Positions 52,338 to 64,000 of a stretch of 64,000 nucleotides of DNA are shown here, one piece after another. The stretch's first letter is position 1; each line of letters opens with the position of its first letter. Location: the NCBI GenBank assembly GCA_027365475.1, contig DAHXNI010000080.1:69490-133489 (forward strand). The letters run 5' to 3'. The notes under the pieces were generated by a model. That model saw only the letters and a program-made list of their open reading frames with translations, was not told where the DNA came from and ran no database searches. The DNA is from Pseudomonadota bacterium. GTDB taxonomy: Bacteria; Pseudomonadota; Gammaproteobacteria; JAKAQQ01. The position numbers and the translations under genes were made by a program.

Positions 52338-55054
52338 AGGGGATCCGGGATACTCGACCGGAGGTCACGCGCGTCCCCGCCCCAGTTCCCACGGCGGAGC
52401 GGGGGGGCACTTGGCTCGTTCCGACACAACGACTGAGACGAGTACTTCTCTCCGAGGAGTGGGCCGGTCAGCGCGCAGCCGGATTCCGTGTGGCCGAAAT
52501 GCCGAACATCTTTTTGCCCGAAAGCTTCGCAGCCTGGCACTGGGAACGGTACGATCATGTGAAACCCTGCATGCCACCCGGAGGCGATCACCTGTTCTGG
52601 ATGGATGCGGCATCCGATCTCGATCCCGGGATCGACTCCAAACGCGCGCGTGGGCTCGCCGCCTTGGCCGCAGAAGCTTTTGCCCTCGAGTGCGCCTGGG
52701 AGATCACCGATGACGATTGGGGGAGTGAGGTATCCGAAGACGCAGGCCAGTATGTTGCGTTAAGAAAGCGCTTTCTCTCGCATCTTTGTGAGACCGGGTT
52801 TGAATCCCGGCAATCCCTCTTCAATCATCTGGTTGCGGATATCGAGTCCGGGGCCAGGGGGCGTGTGGAGGGCCTTCTGGCTTTTCAGGGTTTTGACGAA
52901 GTCACGCCACTCGAACTCCATCTGGGCAGAGCCTGGCAGGCACAAGGGGGCGAGTGGCGCGAGATCCCGGTGGAGGCACGTACCCTCGAGCGCGCCAGCG
53001 TGTTGGCCTTTCCCGACCGGGAAGCCGAACTCTATGCGGCCGCGCAATTCGCCCGAAAGAGTCTCCTTGAAAATCCCAGTCAGCGTGTTGGGGTGATCGT
53101 GCTCGGACTCAAACGGCTGCGGGCGAGTGTGCGCGCCATCTTCGACGATGTGCTCGCTCCACCCCGGCTGACAGAACAGGACGGGATAGATGAGCGTCCC
53201 TACAACCTCAGTCTGGGTGAGCCGCTCCGGAACTACCCGCTCGTCGAAGCCGCACTCGACATTCTCGACCGCGCAGGTATCGCCCGATCGCCCGTGGGAT
53301 TGAGCCGCCTTTTGAGGAGCCCCTACTGGGGTGACCCCACAGAGGATGGCCCCCTCCGCTTTGCCTGCGACTGCGCCTTACGCGAGCGCGGACGCAATGG
53401 AGATACCGGCTGGGATCTGCCCGCTCCGTTTGAGGCCGGTCCTGAGAACTTCCGTCGGATCTGGTCGCAATCCGGCGCCCGGTTGGTTGCCTCCCAACTG
53501 GATGAGGCTCACCCCCTGTCCCACTGGATCAGCCTCTGGTCCGCTTTGTTGGGGGATTTTGGCTGGCCCGGCGCGCGACCGCTCGACTCGATCGAGTACC
53601 AAGCGCATAGAGCCTGGAACGAGGTACTCGAGGAGATTGCACGACTCGCTGCGCTGCCACGCCGCTGGCGTTTTTCGGACTTCCGGCTTTTTGTGACCGA
53701 AGCGCTGGGCGAGCGCCTCTTCCAGCCCGAGACGCCGCAAAGCCCGATCGAGATCATGGGCCCGCTTGAGACGGCGGGGCTCAATTTCGACCGGATCTGG
53801 GTTGTCGGGGCAGAAGCCCACACCTGGCCTCCCGAGCCGCATCCCCACCCCTTTCTGCCCTACGCGCTCCAGAGGCAGCGTGGCCTGCCACACGCGAGCA
53901 GCATGCGGGAGTTCCAGTTCAACGAAAGGCTTCTGGCACGCTGGCAGGCATCGACCACGGAAATGGTCGTGAGTTTTACATGCCGCGAAGATGACCGGGA
54001 TCTCGATCCGTCGCCACTGCTCACCCGTTGGCCCGCCCCGGAACCGGGCCCGATCGTTCGAGGCGGGTTTCGTCGCCAAGCCCGAGGCCAGGATCTCCCG
54101 CCTGATGTGGTTCCGTTTACCGAACCGGTTGCGCTCGGCGCAACCGAGATACGGGGCGGCATCCGTTTTCTTAAAGACCAGGCGGCTTGTCCGTTTCAGG
54201 GGTTCGCCGAACACCGACTCCGGGCGGACGTTCTTCCCCCTTGGCGCCTGCCCTTTGATCCCAAGGTGCGGGGTCTTTTCCTCCATGACATGCTCGAGCG
54301 GATCTGGAAGACCTTGCGCACGTATCACCCTGACCTCTGGGATTGGGAGCAGGTCCGGGTCACGATCGCGCAGGCGGTCGATGCCTCACTGGATCAGGAT
54401 CCCGCGGGTGGGCCGCTCAGCCAGATGCTCAGAAAGACGCTTCGTCCAAGCTTTATCGAATGGATCGAAACCTGGTTTTTGGACCACGAATGCCGACGCC
54501 AGGAAAGCTTCGAGATCATGACCGAACAGGATGCAACCCTCACACTCGCGGGCCTGCGTTTTCGTTGCCGCGCGGATCGCATCGAACGGCTTGCGGATGG
54601 AACGCTCGTCATTGTGGATTACAAAACGGGGCAACCTCCGCCCGTGAAGCGATGGATGGGGGATCGCCCCTTGGAACCCCAACTTTCGGTTTACGCACTG
54701 GCCTGGCCGTCAGCCCGGGCACTGCTTGTGGCCAGCCTCAAACCCGGATGGATGGGATATGCCGGCGTGGCCGCGCAGGCGGATTTCCTTCCCGGTTCGG
54801 GCCCGATTGAAACCATCGCCGACTGGAGTATCCAGCAGAACCATTGGCGACAGGCACTCGAGCATCTGGCCCGAGAGATCCAAGCCGGCCGCAATGACCT
54901 CGATCCGCACGGGGATCCGGATCTCCCGTGTGATCGATGTGCCTATCCCGCGCTCTGCCGTCTTCAGGAAACCCGGATCGCGGCGGATACGGGGATCGGT
55001 GAGGCAGATTCCAGCCATGAGGCGCGCGATGCGTCCGGTACAGAAAACACCTGA
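52334..55054 (+). CDS. AddB-like PD-(D/E)XK nuclease subunit
   Basis: DQAACPF, RADRIE...IVDYKTG, QL..Y, CDRC...ALC (Fe-S staple). Confidence 0.85.
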   Translation: MKGIRDTRPEVTRVPAPVPTAERGGTWLVPTQRLRRVLLSEEWAGQRAAGFRVAEMPNIFLPESFAAWHWERYDHVKPCMPPGGDHLFWMDAASDLDPGIDSKRARGLAALAAEAFALECAWEITDDDWGSEVSEDAGQYVALRKRFLSHLCETGFESRQSLFNHLVADIESGARGRVEGLLAFQGFDEVTPLELHLGRAWQAQGGEWREIPVEARTLERASVLAFPDREAELYAAAQFARKSLLENPSQRVGVIVLGLKRLRASVRAIFDDVLAPPRLTEQDGIDERPYNLSLGEPLRNYPLVEAALDILDRAGIARSPVGLSRLLRSPYWGDPTEDGPLRFACDCALRERGRNGDTGWDLPAPFEAGPENFRRIWSQSGARLVASQLDEAHPLSHWISLWSALLGDFGWPGARPLDSIEYQAHRAWNEVLEEIARLAALPRRWRFSDFRLFVTEALGERLFQPETPQSPIEIMGPLETAGLNFDRIWVVGAEAHTWPPEPHPHPFLPYALQRQRGLPHASSMREFQFNERLLARWQASTTEMVVSFTCREDDRDLDPSPLLTRWPAPEPGPIVRGGFRRQARGQDLPPDVVPFTEPVALGATEIRGGIRFLKDQAACPFQGFAEHRLRADVLPPWRLPFDPKVRGLFLHDMLERIWKTLRTYHPDLWDWEQVRVTIAQAVDASLDQDPAGGPLSQMLRKTLRPSFIEWIETWFLDHECRRQESFEIMTEQDATLTLAGLRFRCRADRIERLADGTLVIVDYKTGQPPPVKRWMGDRPLEPQLSVYALAWPSARALLVASLKPGWMGYAGVAAQADFLPGSGPIETIADWSIQQNHWRQALEHLAREIQAGRNDLDPHGDPDLPCDRCAYPALCRLQETRIAADTGIGEADSSHEARDASGTENT

Positions 55055-58000
55055 TCTCTTAAAGCAGGACCGGGACGCGCGCGAGTGCGCGCGCGATCCC
55101 CATCTCTCCTGTCTGGTGCAGGCTCCGGCCGGTTCAGGCAAGACCACACTGCTGGTCGATCGTTATCTCAGACTGCTCGAGCTGGTGGCCCAACCGGAGG
55201 AGGTCCTCGCGCTCACATTCACCCGCAAGGCACAGGCGGAAATGACGCACCGGGTCTGGCGCGCGCTTCTCGATGAAAATCCGGATGGCGTATTCGGAGA
55301 TCTGCCGAAGCGGGTCAGGCTCCGCAGCGAAAGACAGGGCTGGCAGCTCGAACGGCTGCCCGAGCGGCTTCGCATCATGACGCTCGATGGTTTTGCACTG
55401 AGCCTGATCCAGAGAATGCCCTGGTCGGCTGCAGGAGGGCAGGTGCCTGAACCCACCGAAGAGGCCCAGGCACTCTACCTTGAGGCCGCCCGCCGGGTGA
55501 TCGAAGATCTTCTCACCGAACGTGACTACCGGCCGGCCATCGGCGCCTGGCTGCATGAGACGGGTGGGGATCCAGAGGCATTGGTTGGGCTGCTTGTCTC
55601 GATGCTGGGCTGTCGCGAGCAGTGGCAGGGTCTCGTGTTTGATGTCGGCAGTCGTCCCGACTGGAGTCAGAAGCTGCTTGATGCCAAAAGCCGGATCATC
55701 GCACGGGCGCTTGCGCGCTGTGAGGCGGTCATTTCCGGCGAGCGCTTCGAAGCGTGGTCGAAGCTTGCTCAGGCTGTGGTGCAATACCGGGTGGATACCG
55801 GGCTCGATCCGGAGACTTGCCACCACCGGGAGGGTGTTCAACCGGCCAGTGCCGGAGCGTGGGAAAACCCGGTCTGGGAAAGGCGGTGCGCTTACCGCAC
55901 GATCACTCGGGTGTTGCTCACCCAGGATGGAAAGCTGCGCAAACCCCGCGGGCTCCATATGCTCTTGGGCCGGAAAAGATCCCAGGATGCCCGTCAGGAT
56001 GCGCTGCGAGAAGCGTTGCTGGCCTCGCTTGCTGTTCTGGAAGACAACCCAGGATTCAGGTCGGCACTGGAGGAGATGTCGAATCTTCCGGATGCGCCCG
56101 AAGCGGAGACCCCGCTTCTTGAAGACCTGATGATCGTCCTCGCGCGCACGCTCTATCATCTTCAGGCGGTTTTTCATGAGACGGGAAAAGTTGACTTCGC
56201 GGAGATCACGTTCCTCGCGCGCAAGGCACTCGGTTCGGATTCCCCGACCGACCTGGCTTTGGCGCTCGACTACCGGATCCAACATCTCCTGATCGACGAG
56301 TTTCAAGACACGAGCATCGCGCACTTCACGCTCATCCAGAATCTCATGAGAGGCTGGGAGATGGGGGACGGGCACACATTTTTCGCCGTGGGCGATCCCA
56401 TGCAATCGATCTACCGTTTCCGTCAGGCTGAGGTGGGAGTCTTCCTCAACTGTCGCGAGATGGGTATTGCGGGTTTACCGCTCACCCCGGCCATCCTGCA
56501 CGACAACTACCGGAGTCACCCGGATCTCGTCTCTTGGCTGAATGGGACTTTCATGCGAATCTTCCCGGATCGGGACGAACGCGAAACCGGCGTCGTGTGC
56601 TATGTCCCGGCCAGGAGCGGACGCGCAGATCGGAGTGAGCAGCCGGTCGCGGTGTCTCATCGGCTGGCGGGCCACGATCCCCGGCTCAAGGCGCAGGTGG
56701 TCGTCGATCTCATCCGTCACGAGCGCGCAAACGAACCCGAAGCGCGGATTGCGGTTCTGTTCCACGCGCATCGGGATGCGACGCCGATTGCTGAACTTCT
56801 GCGCGCCGAGTCGATTCCATTCAGAGGACTGGATCTCGAGCCGCTCATGGCGTTCGGGGTGAGTCAGGATCTCCTGATGCTCGCCGCGGCGCTTTTGCAC
56901 CCGGGGGACCGGCGCGCTTGGCTCGCTGTGCTCAGGGGACCTTGTGTCGGCCTGTCGATGGGGGATCTTGCCGCCGTTGCGCAAGCTGTCCCGTCGGTGC
57001 TCCACCCGGACCGCTGGGGCCCCGATCTTCCCGGATTGAGTGAACCCGGCCGCGCACGGCTCCGGCGCATCGTGCCGATTCTGAGGCGTGGTTTTGACCG
57101 GCTCGCCCGTACGGTCGATTTCCGTCACACCCTCGAGGCGACCTGGATCGCGCTGGGCGGCCCCGCGACGCTCAAGACGGATTTCGACCGTGCGCTTGCC
57201 GAGCGCTTCTGGAGTGCGCTCGACGAGCTTTCCCCAGATGAACTGCGTGCCGACCCACTCGTGCTGGCTCAAGCGATGGAGCGTCTCACGGCTCCTCTCG
57301 AAGCCCAGGTGGAAGATCCCCGCCTCGAGTTGCTCACGATCCACCGGGCCAAGGGTCTCGAGTGGGATATTGTCATCCTGGCCGGATTGGATCACGGGGT
57401 GCCCCCCAAGGAGCGGAGCCTTCTCCGCTGGCTTGAGGAGATGGGTCCAGACGGAACCGAAGTCGTTCTCGCGACCCGTGATCGGGTAAAACCCCCATCC
57501 GGTGAGGTCAGCTGGTATGCGTATCTGCGCACCCTCGAGCAGGCGAAGGATCGAGAGGAAAGGATCCGTCTGGCCTATGTTGCAGCCACCCGGGCGCGAG
57601 AGCGGGTTCACCTCATTGCAGAAGGTGGCGACCCCGATCTGCCCTTCAAATCCCGTTCGGGGTCGCTTGCGGAAGTGTTCGGTTTCCTGTTCACGGATTC
57701 CTCCCGCCCCGTCCCGGAAAGCGCTCGGGAAGGGGGATCGGCTGATACCCGTGTTCCCGCGATGCGCGAGGTGTTACCCCCTGATTTTCGGGCGATCGCC
57801 TATCCGGCCCCGCTCCTCGCTACACGAGAAACAGACGGACTGATCCGAGAGCCCATCCGCCCGGTCTTCGATTGGGCGGAATCCGAGAGCCGTATGCAGG
57901 GTTTGCTGCTACACGAGCTATTTGACCATATCGCACGGAACGGTTTCGAAGGTGCAGCGCCCTGGATTCAGCCGGGAGCAGGCGCCCAGAACCGATGGTG

Positions 58001-58412
58001 CCGGAGACTGTCTGAACTCGGGATGCCATCTGAGCGTCTTGCGGCGTCGGTCACCGATATCGGGCGCATGCTGGAGCGTATTCTCGCGGATCCCGATGCG
58101 CGCTGGATCCTGGGCCCGCACTCCTGGGCGGCTTCCGAGCTTGCGCTGCACGGACTCGACGGAACCGAAAGAGTTGCCGTGCGCATTGACCGGTTGTTCC
58201 GGGACGAGCGTGGCGTGCTCTGGATTGTCGACTATAAACTCGGCCGTCACGAGGGTCAGGATCCCCAAGCCTTTCTGGCGCGCGAGGAGGAGCGCTATCG
58301 TCCCCAGCTTGAGCGTTATGCGCGTCTCATCCGTGAGCAGGATGGCGGACCACTCGAAACCGGGCTCTATTTCTTGTATCCCGCCTGCTTCAGAAAGGTG
58401 CGTCTCGAGTGA
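55017..58412 (+). CDS. AddA-like UvrD helicase-nuclease
   Basis: QAPAGSGKT, LTFTRKA, DEFQDT, GDPMQSIYRFR, TIHRAKGLE, YVAATRA, RIDRL...IVDYK. Confidence 0.9.
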   Translation: MRRAMRPVQKTPDLLKQDRDARECARDPHLSCLVQAPAGSGKTTLLVDRYLRLLELVAQPEEVLALTFTRKAQAEMTHRVWRALLDENPDGVFGDLPKRVRLRSERQGWQLERLPERLRIMTLDGFALSLIQRMPWSAAGGQVPEPTEEAQALYLEAARRVIEDLLTERDYRPAIGAWLHETGGDPEALVGLLVSMLGCREQWQGLVFDVGSRPDWSQKLLDAKSRIIARALARCEAVISGERFEAWSKLAQAVVQYRVDTGLDPETCHHREGVQPASAGAWENPVWERRCAYRTITRVLLTQDGKLRKPRGLHMLLGRKRSQDARQDALREALLASLAVLEDNPGFRSALEEMSNLPDAPEAETPLLEDLMIVLARTLYHLQAVFHETGKVDFAEITFLARKALGSDSPTDLALALDYRIQHLLIDEFQDTSIAHFTLIQNLMRGWEMGDGHTFFAVGDPMQSIYRFRQAEVGVFLNCREMGIAGLPLTPAILHDNYRSHPDLVSWLNGTFMRIFPDRDERETGVVCYVPARSGRADRSEQPVAVSHRLAGHDPRLKAQVVVDLIRHERANEPEARIAVLFHAHRDATPIAELLRAESIPFRGLDLEPLMAFGVSQDLLMLAAALLHPGDRRAWLAVLRGPCVGLSMGDLAAVAQAVPSVLHPDRWGPDLPGLSEPGRARLRRIVPILRRGFDRLARTVDFRHTLEATWIALGGPATLKTDFDRALAERFWSALDELSPDELRADPLVLAQAMERLTAPLEAQVEDPRLELLTIHRAKGLEWDIVILAGLDHGVPPKERSLLRWLEEMGPDGTEVVLATRDRVKPPSGEVSWYAYLRTLEQAKDREERIRLAYVAATRARERVHLIAEGGDPDLPFKSRSGSLAEVFGFLFTDSSRPVPESAREGGSADTRVPAMREVLPPDFRAIAYPAPLLATRETDGLIREPIRPVFDWAESESRMQGLLLHELFDHIARNGFEGAAPWIQPGAGAQNRWCRRLSELGMPSERLAASVTDIGRMLERILADPDARWILGPHSWAASELALHGLDGTERVAVRIDRLFRDERGVLWIVDYKLGRHEGQDPQAFLAREEERYRPQLERYARLIREQDGGPLETGLYFLYPACFRKVRLE

Positions 58413-58600
58413 ATGATCGGGGTGGTTCGCTTCAGCGAAGTGTCCGGTTGTCTCCGAGGGGATCTTCCATGCGTTCGTATGGTGCAAGGATCCGTTACCG
58501 CGTTGTGACGGGATCCGGTATCGGTCGCCCCGAGTTGGTGCGCAGAGCACAATTCGGCGAAAATGCGTGCACCCGCCTACCTTGAAACCCGCGATCCCAG

Positions 58601-60211
58601 ATGTCATCCGTCCTGACCCCCACCACAGAGGGAATGATCGAACGGCCCGCTCCGAGTTTCTGGGCGATTGCGCCCGTGGTAGCGGTTGCGGCGTTCATGG
58701 AAGTTCTGGATCTGTCGATCGCAAACGTTGCGCTCCTCCATATCGCAGGCAGCCTCTCCGCTTCCCAGGATCAGGCCACCTGGGTGCTCACGGCCTATAC
58801 CGTCACCAACGCCATCATCTTGCCACTGAGCGGATGGCTGGCCACCACCCTTGGCCGCAAACGCTATTTTATGGGCAGCATTGGTACCTTCAGTCTGGCC
58901 TCGCTTCTCTGCGGGCTTGCTCCGAGCCTTGGAGCCCTGGTATTTTTCCGTGCCCTGCAGGGGCTCGTGGGCGGCGGATTGCAGCCCAATGCGCAGGCGA
59001 TTCTCTCGGATGCCGCCCCGCCCGAGAAGCGTGGCATGGCGTTTGCGCTCTACGGCATGGCCGTCGTTCTTGCACCCGCGATCGGCCCCACACTCGGCGG
59101 TTGGATCACCTACCACATGAACTGGCGCTGGGTTTTTCTGATCAACGTTCCTGTGGGGATTTTGCTGCTGCCTTTCATCAAGGCACTGGTCCGTGATCCG
59201 CCACATCTCGTCCAGGCGCGCCGAGCCCGTAGAGCCCAGGGCTTGAAACTGGACTACATCGGATTCAGCCTGATTGCCTTGGGGCTCGGCTGTTTGCAGA
59301 TCGTACTGGACCGGGGTCAGCAGAACGACTGGTTCGCCTCCACCCTGATCCTCGCCATGACGGGGCTCGCAGCCGTGACACTCGTCGGATTCGTGGTTTG
59401 GGAATGGACCCGGAGCGACCCGATCGTCGATCTTCATTTATTGAAGAACCCCACTTTCGCGGTTGCCAATCTGCTCATGTTCATGCTGGGATTCGTGCTC
59501 CTCGGGACGACCGTCCTGCTGCCCCTCTATGTCCAGTCCCTCATGGGATATACCCCGGTCCAGGCCGGTCTCATGCTGTCCCCGGGCGGGCTCGCCATCC
59601 TGTTTCTCATGCCCGTCGTGGGTCATCTGGTGTCCCGTGTCGATGCGCGCTGGCTGATCAGCGCAGGATTCCTGATCATCGGCGTGGCCATGCTGCTCAT
59701 GACCCGCTTCGATACCGAAACCGGATTCCAGACCATCATGTGGACGCGTGTCTTGCAGGCCAGTGGCATGGCGTTCCTCTTCATTCCGATCAATACAGTG
59801 GCTTTTGCGGCCATTGATTCCGCTAAATCCAGCAATGCCTCGGCTATCATCAACATGTCGCGCAACATCGGGGGCAGTTTCGGCATTTCCATTGCCATCA
59901 CCCTGCTCGCCCGGGGGGCGCAAATTCATCAAAACCGGCTGATTGGGCGGGTGACATCCGTGAGCCCAGCCCTCCGTTCCTATGTTGCCACGGTGCGCAA
60001 TCATCTTGCGGCGCATGGACACGGTGGGATCGCCTCCGCCGGTGAGGCGATGGGATTTCTCTATCAGACCGTGGTCAAACAGTCCACCATGCTGGCTTAT
60101 ATCGATGATTTCAGGTTTCTCGGAGTGGTCTCAATCCTCCTCATTCCTTCTGTTTTTTTCCTGCGGCGCAGCAATGACGCGCGCACCGCACCCCCTGGCA
60201 GCGTGCATTGA
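58601..60211 (+). CDS. MFS DHA2 (EmrB/QacA) efflux transporter
   Basis: FMEVLD.SIANVAL, WVLTAY, GRKRY, APAIGPTLGG, WRW.FLINVP.G. Confidence 0.92.
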   Translation: MSSVLTPTTEGMIERPAPSFWAIAPVVAVAAFMEVLDLSIANVALLHIAGSLSASQDQATWVLTAYTVTNAIILPLSGWLATTLGRKRYFMGSIGTFSLASLLCGLAPSLGALVFFRALQGLVGGGLQPNAQAILSDAAPPEKRGMAFALYGMAVVLAPAIGPTLGGWITYHMNWRWVFLINVPVGILLLPFIKALVRDPPHLVQARRARRAQGLKLDYIGFSLIALGLGCLQIVLDRGQQNDWFASTLILAMTGLAAVTLVGFVVWEWTRSDPIVDLHLLKNPTFAVANLLMFMLGFVLLGTTVLLPLYVQSLMGYTPVQAGLMLSPGGLAILFLMPVVGHLVSRVDARWLISAGFLIIGVAMLLMTRFDTETGFQTIMWTRVLQASGMAFLFIPINTVAFAAIDSAKSSNASAIINMSRNIGGSFGISIAITLLARGAQIHQNRLIGRVTSVSPALRSYVATVRNHLAAHGHGGIASAGEAMGFLYQTVVKQSTMLAYIDDFRFLGVVSILLIPSVFFLRRSNDARTAPPGSVH

Positions 60212-60466
60212 ATAGGGGGCGGGTGCTCGATACCGCGTTTTCTGGATGCCCTGCGGCGGGCTTGGGGACAAGCGGGTTGTCCCTGGACGTTGCGTACCCC
60301 CTCGTAGGACCAGAGCCTGTTGCGATGCTCGCGGCTCGCTCAAAAAAGTTGTCATGCGCTGAACGCAATGCTCCAGCGGCCCCAAGGATGAACAGGGAAC
60401 GGTCTCGCGATCGGGCTGCTTTCCGGTAAACTGTGGCCCCCAAGTTTGGGAACCAAAGAGCGCCAT

Positions 60467-62797
60467 ATGTCTCCTGTTCGACCGAAGTCCGGCGCGCGCC
60501 GCCGATCCGGGCGTCCCCTGTCTGCGAGCCATCTAGGAGCGGCCACGCCCCTCACGGCTCGTGCGGAAACGCTTGAGCTTGGCCAGTTTGTCGAAAAGTC
60601 GTATCTCGACTATTCCATGACTGTGATCCTTGACCGGGCGCTCCCACAGCTCGGGGATGGATTGAAACCGGTGCAACGACGGATTCTCTACGCGATGCAT
60701 GAACTGGGTCTCGGCGCCGGACAAAAGTTCAAGAAATCGGCGCGGACGGTGGGTGATGTGATTGGCAAGTTCCACCCGCATGGAGATCAGGCAGCCTATG
60801 AAGCGCTCGTGCTCATGGCACAGCCGTTTTCATGCCGCTATCCACTGGTCGAGGGACAGGGTAACTTCGGCTCGCCCGATAACCCGAAATCATTCGCCGC
60901 CATGCGTTACACGGAGACCCGGCTGTCGCGTTATGCGGATCTTCTGCTTGCTGAACTCGGGCAGGGAACCGTCGACTGGATCACCAACTTCGATGGCACG
61001 CTCGAGGAGCCCGCGTGGCTGCCTGCCCGTCTTCCCTGGGCGTTGCTAAACGGTTCGAGCGGGATTGCGGTCGGAATGGCCACGGATATCCCGCCACACA
61101 ATCTTGGCGAAACCGCGAACGCGCTGATTCATCTCATCGACCATCCCGCAGCCGGGCTCGACGAGGTGCTGGAGCACCTGCCAGGACCCGATTTCCCGAC
61201 CGAAGCTGAAATCATCACACCCCGCTCGGAACTGCGTGCTCTGTACGAGACCGGGATCGGCAATCTGCGATTGCGTGCGCGCTACCATCTTGAGGACACC
61301 GACCTCGTGGTCGATGCGCTGCCCTATCAGGTTTCAGGTTCCCAGGTGCTTGCCGATCTGGCCCGTCTTTTCGAGGCGGGAGAATTGCCCTGGGTGCGGG
61401 ATCTCCGGGATGAATCCGATCACGAGCATCCGACCCGGCTCGTGATCAGCCTGCGTGGCGGTCACCCCGAGATCGACGCTGCGTTTCGCCATCTGTGCGC
61501 TGTTTCGGGTCTCGAAAAAAGCCTCCGGGTCAACCTCAATGTCGTAACGCCTGCCGGCGCTCCGCGAGTCATGGGTCTCCTTGATTTCCTCAAAGCTTGG
61601 CTTCTCTTTCGACTGGCTACGCTCGAGCGACGTCTCGGGTGGCAGCGTGACCGGCTTCTCGCCAGGCTCGAGATCCTCGAGGGACTCCGGATTGTTCATC
61701 TTGATATCGACCGGGTTATCCGGGTCATCCGTGAGGCGGAAGAGCCACGGGCCGAGCTCATGCGCGTCTTTCAGTTGAACGAACGGCAGGCAGATGCCAT
61801 TTTGGACATGCGCCTCAGGCAGCTTGCACGCCTGGAAGCGCTCGCCATCGAACGGGAATCGGCTGCGGCCCGGGAGACACTCGCCGGCATCGAGGCGGCG
61901 CTCGGATCGCCCCGGAAACTCCGGCGTCTCGTCCGCACGGAACTTGCGGCCGACCGGGATCGGTTCGGGGACGCGCGCCGCTCGTCACTGGTCGAGCGGG
62001 ATGCGGCCTTACGCCTTGTGGATGACCCCAAGGGACGCGGAGAACCTGTGACGGTTGTGCTCACCGCGCGCGGGTGGATCCGGACTGCCCGCGGTCATGA
62101 GTGGGAGCCGGAACAGGGGAGTTACCGGAGCGGAGACGGTTTTCTGGATCTGGTCCGTGCAGACAGCCGTTCGACGCTCGTGCTGTTTGACTCGATGGGC
62201 CGGATCTATAACCTTGATGCTGAAGCCCTCCCCGATGGTCGGGGGCCCGGAATGCCGCTCACGAGCCGACTCGATCCCCCGCCCGGTGCACGCTTTGTGG
62301 CGCTTACCCGGTTCGAGCCGGAGGAACGATATGTCTGGGTCGACAGCCTGGGTTACGGGTTGTGCGTCCTGGGGGCCTCCTTTCTCGTTCGGGCACGCAA
62401 GGGCCGAACGCTCTTCCGTCTGCCGGAGGGAGCCTGTGCACTGGCTCCTGCTGCGGCCCGGCATGCGACACGGATTGCCCTGATGAGCTCGGCGGGTCAG
62501 CTGCTTGTTCTCGCCAGGAGTGAGGTTCCCGTGCTCGACAAGGGGCGTGGGGTGCGTCTCATGGGGATTCCACCAAAGGCGCGGGCGAGCGAACGGCTTC
62601 TTTTCGCGTTGGGCCTCGGCGCGGGCGACGGATTACGTCTCGAACGCGGAAGCAAGCGGCTTGTGTTGAGTCCCATAGATCTTCTGGATTACGAAGGTGC
62701 GCGCGGCCGGCGTGGCCGGAGACTCAAGTCGCCCTGGAATCTGGGTGTTGACCGCATTTCCCGGGTCGAGGGGTCGGCCGCCCATCAGGCTACGTAA
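60467..62797 (+). CDS. parC: DNA topoisomerase IV subunit A
   Basis: RALP...[48 protein letters not shown]. Confidence 0.95.
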   Translation: MSPVRPKSGARRRSGRPLSASHLGAATPLTARAETLELGQFVEKSYLDYSMTVILDRALPQLGDGLKPVQRRILYAMHELGLGAGQKFKKSARTVGDVIGKFHPHGDQAAYEALVLMAQPFSCRYPLVEGQGNFGSPDNPKSFAAMRYTETRLSRYADLLLAELGQGTVDWITNFDGTLEEPAWLPARLPWALLNGSSGIAVGMATDIPPHNLGETANALIHLIDHPAAGLDEVLEHLPGPDFPTEAEIITPRSELRALYETGIGNLRLRARYHLEDTDLVVDALPYQVSGSQVLADLARLFEAGELPWVRDLRDESDHEHPTRLVISLRGGHPEIDAAFRHLCAVSGLEKSLRVNLNVVTPAGAPRVMGLLDFLKAWLLFRLATLERRLGWQRDRLLARLEILEGLRIVHLDIDRVIRVIREAEEPRAELMRVFQLNERQADAILDMRLRQLARLEALAIERESAAARETLAGIEAALGSPRKLRRLVRTELAADRDRFGDARRSSLVERDAALRLVDDPKGRGEPVTVVLTARGWIRTARGHEWEPEQGSYRSGDGFLDLVRADSRSTLVLFDSMGRIYNLDAEALPDGRGPGMPLTSRLDPPPGARFVALTRFEPEERYVWVDSLGYGLCVLGASFLVRARKGRTLFRLPEGACALAPAAARHATRIALMSSAGQLLVLARSEVPVLDKGRGVRLMGIPPKARASERLLFALGLGAGDGLRLERGSKRLVLSPIDLLDYEGARGRRGRRLKSPWNLGVDRISRVEGSAAHQAT

Positions 62798-64000
62798 GCG
62801 GTGTATCCTCGCCGACGAAGGGGCCCTGGACGAACGAGATCCCGAGATTGAGGAGCGAGGTCATGAGCCGCGCCTGATCGACTCCTGTGGCCAGTATCTC
62901 GATACCATGTGCTTTAAGTGGGGCGAGCAGGCGTGTCTGCTCGGGCGACACTTGGGGCCTCTCGCTCTCCGCAGCATCCGGATCTTCCGGGGTGACCAGG
63001 TGGGTCACCGGAATTCTCACAAGATCCGGTTTCACATGGTTGAGCAGGATGGCCGAGTGGGCGGATTCTCCAAATCCATCGAGACCAAACTGGATCCCGG
63101 CCGGTTTGAACCGGGCGATCCACTCCTGTGTTTTTTTGAGCTGTCCCGCGACCGTGCGTTCCTGGAACAGAAAAACGAGCTTGGCTCCTGATTTTTGAGA
63201 GAGGGCCCGTGCCAGCCAGGCCTGGGTTTCGGCCGTGACGAGCATGAGCTCGGACAGGCGCAGGTAGAGTGCGCAACCTTTCGGTGTTTGAGGCCGGGTC
63301 CAAAACCCGAGTGCCGTCTCGATGAGGAGGGTTTCCAAAGCCGGTAGGTTTTCGCTTTCGTGAGCCAGTTTGAAAAACTCATCCCAGGTGTTGAGTTGGT
63401 AGGTTTTGAGCAGGTTCTGACTCAGGCGTATCTCCACACGCGGGCGGCTGTCACCCCCGATCAGGCTCAGGATCGGTCGAGTCACAATCGGCAATGTTTT
63501 CCGTTCGATCATGCGGGCGAGTGCGCTCGCGATATCGTCCGGCTGGCCCCCGGAGAGGTTGGCGGGTTGATACCGATTGACGGGCAAGGGGCCCGAGGCG
63601 GCCAGTTGTGCTTCCCGGGCCAGGGCACGCGAGTTGGATCTCGAAATCCGTTCGCTGATTCCGAACTTGAGACCCAGCGGAATCGATTTGTCAAGCACTT
63701 CGTAGATCTGGTTGCTGACCGTCGCCTGAATGTCTTGGACCCACTTCTCAAGGGACCCGTCCCGCGGTCGCTCGGTCCAGAAACAGAGCTCCCAACCCAG
63801 TCGGGTACAAAAATCAGTGGGAGCAAGGAGTGGCATGACTTTCCGTTCAACGAGTGTCCAGGCGGCATTGATGGTGAAGGGGCCATATTGTTCAATCAGG
63901 GCTGTCAGGTTGTCGATACAGGCGACCACCACGGCCTGCTCACTGCGTTTGGGTCGGCTCGCCTGGAGCTGTTCTTCGAGACGCGAGAGAAAATCTGTTG
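62790..64000 (-). CDS. degenerate EAL-domain protein (continues past window end)
   Basis: EAL-fold remnants LDGFG, L.H.KPD.VRI, A.GVD, GISFVQG; catalytic EAL and DDFG motifs altered. Confidence 0.65.
   Translation of the reverse strand, partial: TDFLSRLEEQLQASRPKRSEQAVVVACIDNLTALIEQYGPFTINAAWTLVERKVMPLLAPTDFCTRLGWELCFWTERPRDGSLEKWVQDIQATVSNQIYEVLDKSIPLGLKFGISERISRSNSRALAREAQLAASGPLPVNRYQPANLSGGQPDDIASALARMIERKTLPIVTRPILSLIGGDSRPRVEIRLSQNLLKTYQLNTWDEFFKLAHESENLPALETLLIETALGFWTRPQTPKGCALYLRLSELMLVTAETQAWLARALSQKSGAKLVFLFQERTVAGQLKKTQEWIARFKPAGIQFGLDGFGESAHSAILLNHVKPDLVRIPVTHLVTPEDPDAAESERPQVSPEQTRLLAPLKAHGIEILATGVDQARLMTSLLNLGISFVQGPFVGEDTPLT

Noticed and set aside
55134-57611. Long antisense ORFs (423 aa and 378 aa; similar ones elsewhere)
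   Set aside because: Shadow frames of well-supported genes in high-GC DNA, with no motifs
1-64000. CRISPR array, cas genes, rRNA
   Set aside because: No regularly spaced repeats or matching motifs seen

Overview
High-GC proteobacterial chromosome segment. Gene order (carAB-greA-rlmE-ftsH-folP-glmM-tpiA-secG; pcnB-folK-panBCD; ispB/rplU-rpmA-obgE; zapA-6S RNA-ygfA; ygfB-pepP-ubiH-ubiI) suggests a gammaproteobacterium. Most of the window is housekeeping: two tRNAs (Glu-CTC, Pro-CGG), 6S RNA, a SAM-II riboswitch in front of metF-metH, AddAB-type helicase/nuclease genes and parC. Three accessory patches interrupt it. (1) About 11.4-17.5 kb: an O-methyltransferase pseudogene split by an IS110 element whose 3' non-coding end folds like a bridge RNA and carries matches to its own junctions, plus a stand-alone ~1000-aa RelE-like/SF1 helicase/ankyrin/wHTH-like protein (candidate defence gene). 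(2) About 30.1-32.2 kb: a decayed tRNA-associated islet. (3) About 40.5-44.6 kb: an IS with perfect terminal inverted repeats carrying a DUF4338/DruA-like passenger gene, then an FkbM fragment and dinB. No CRISPR array or rRNA was seen. All calls are from motif recognition by eye; no database search or folding program was run.
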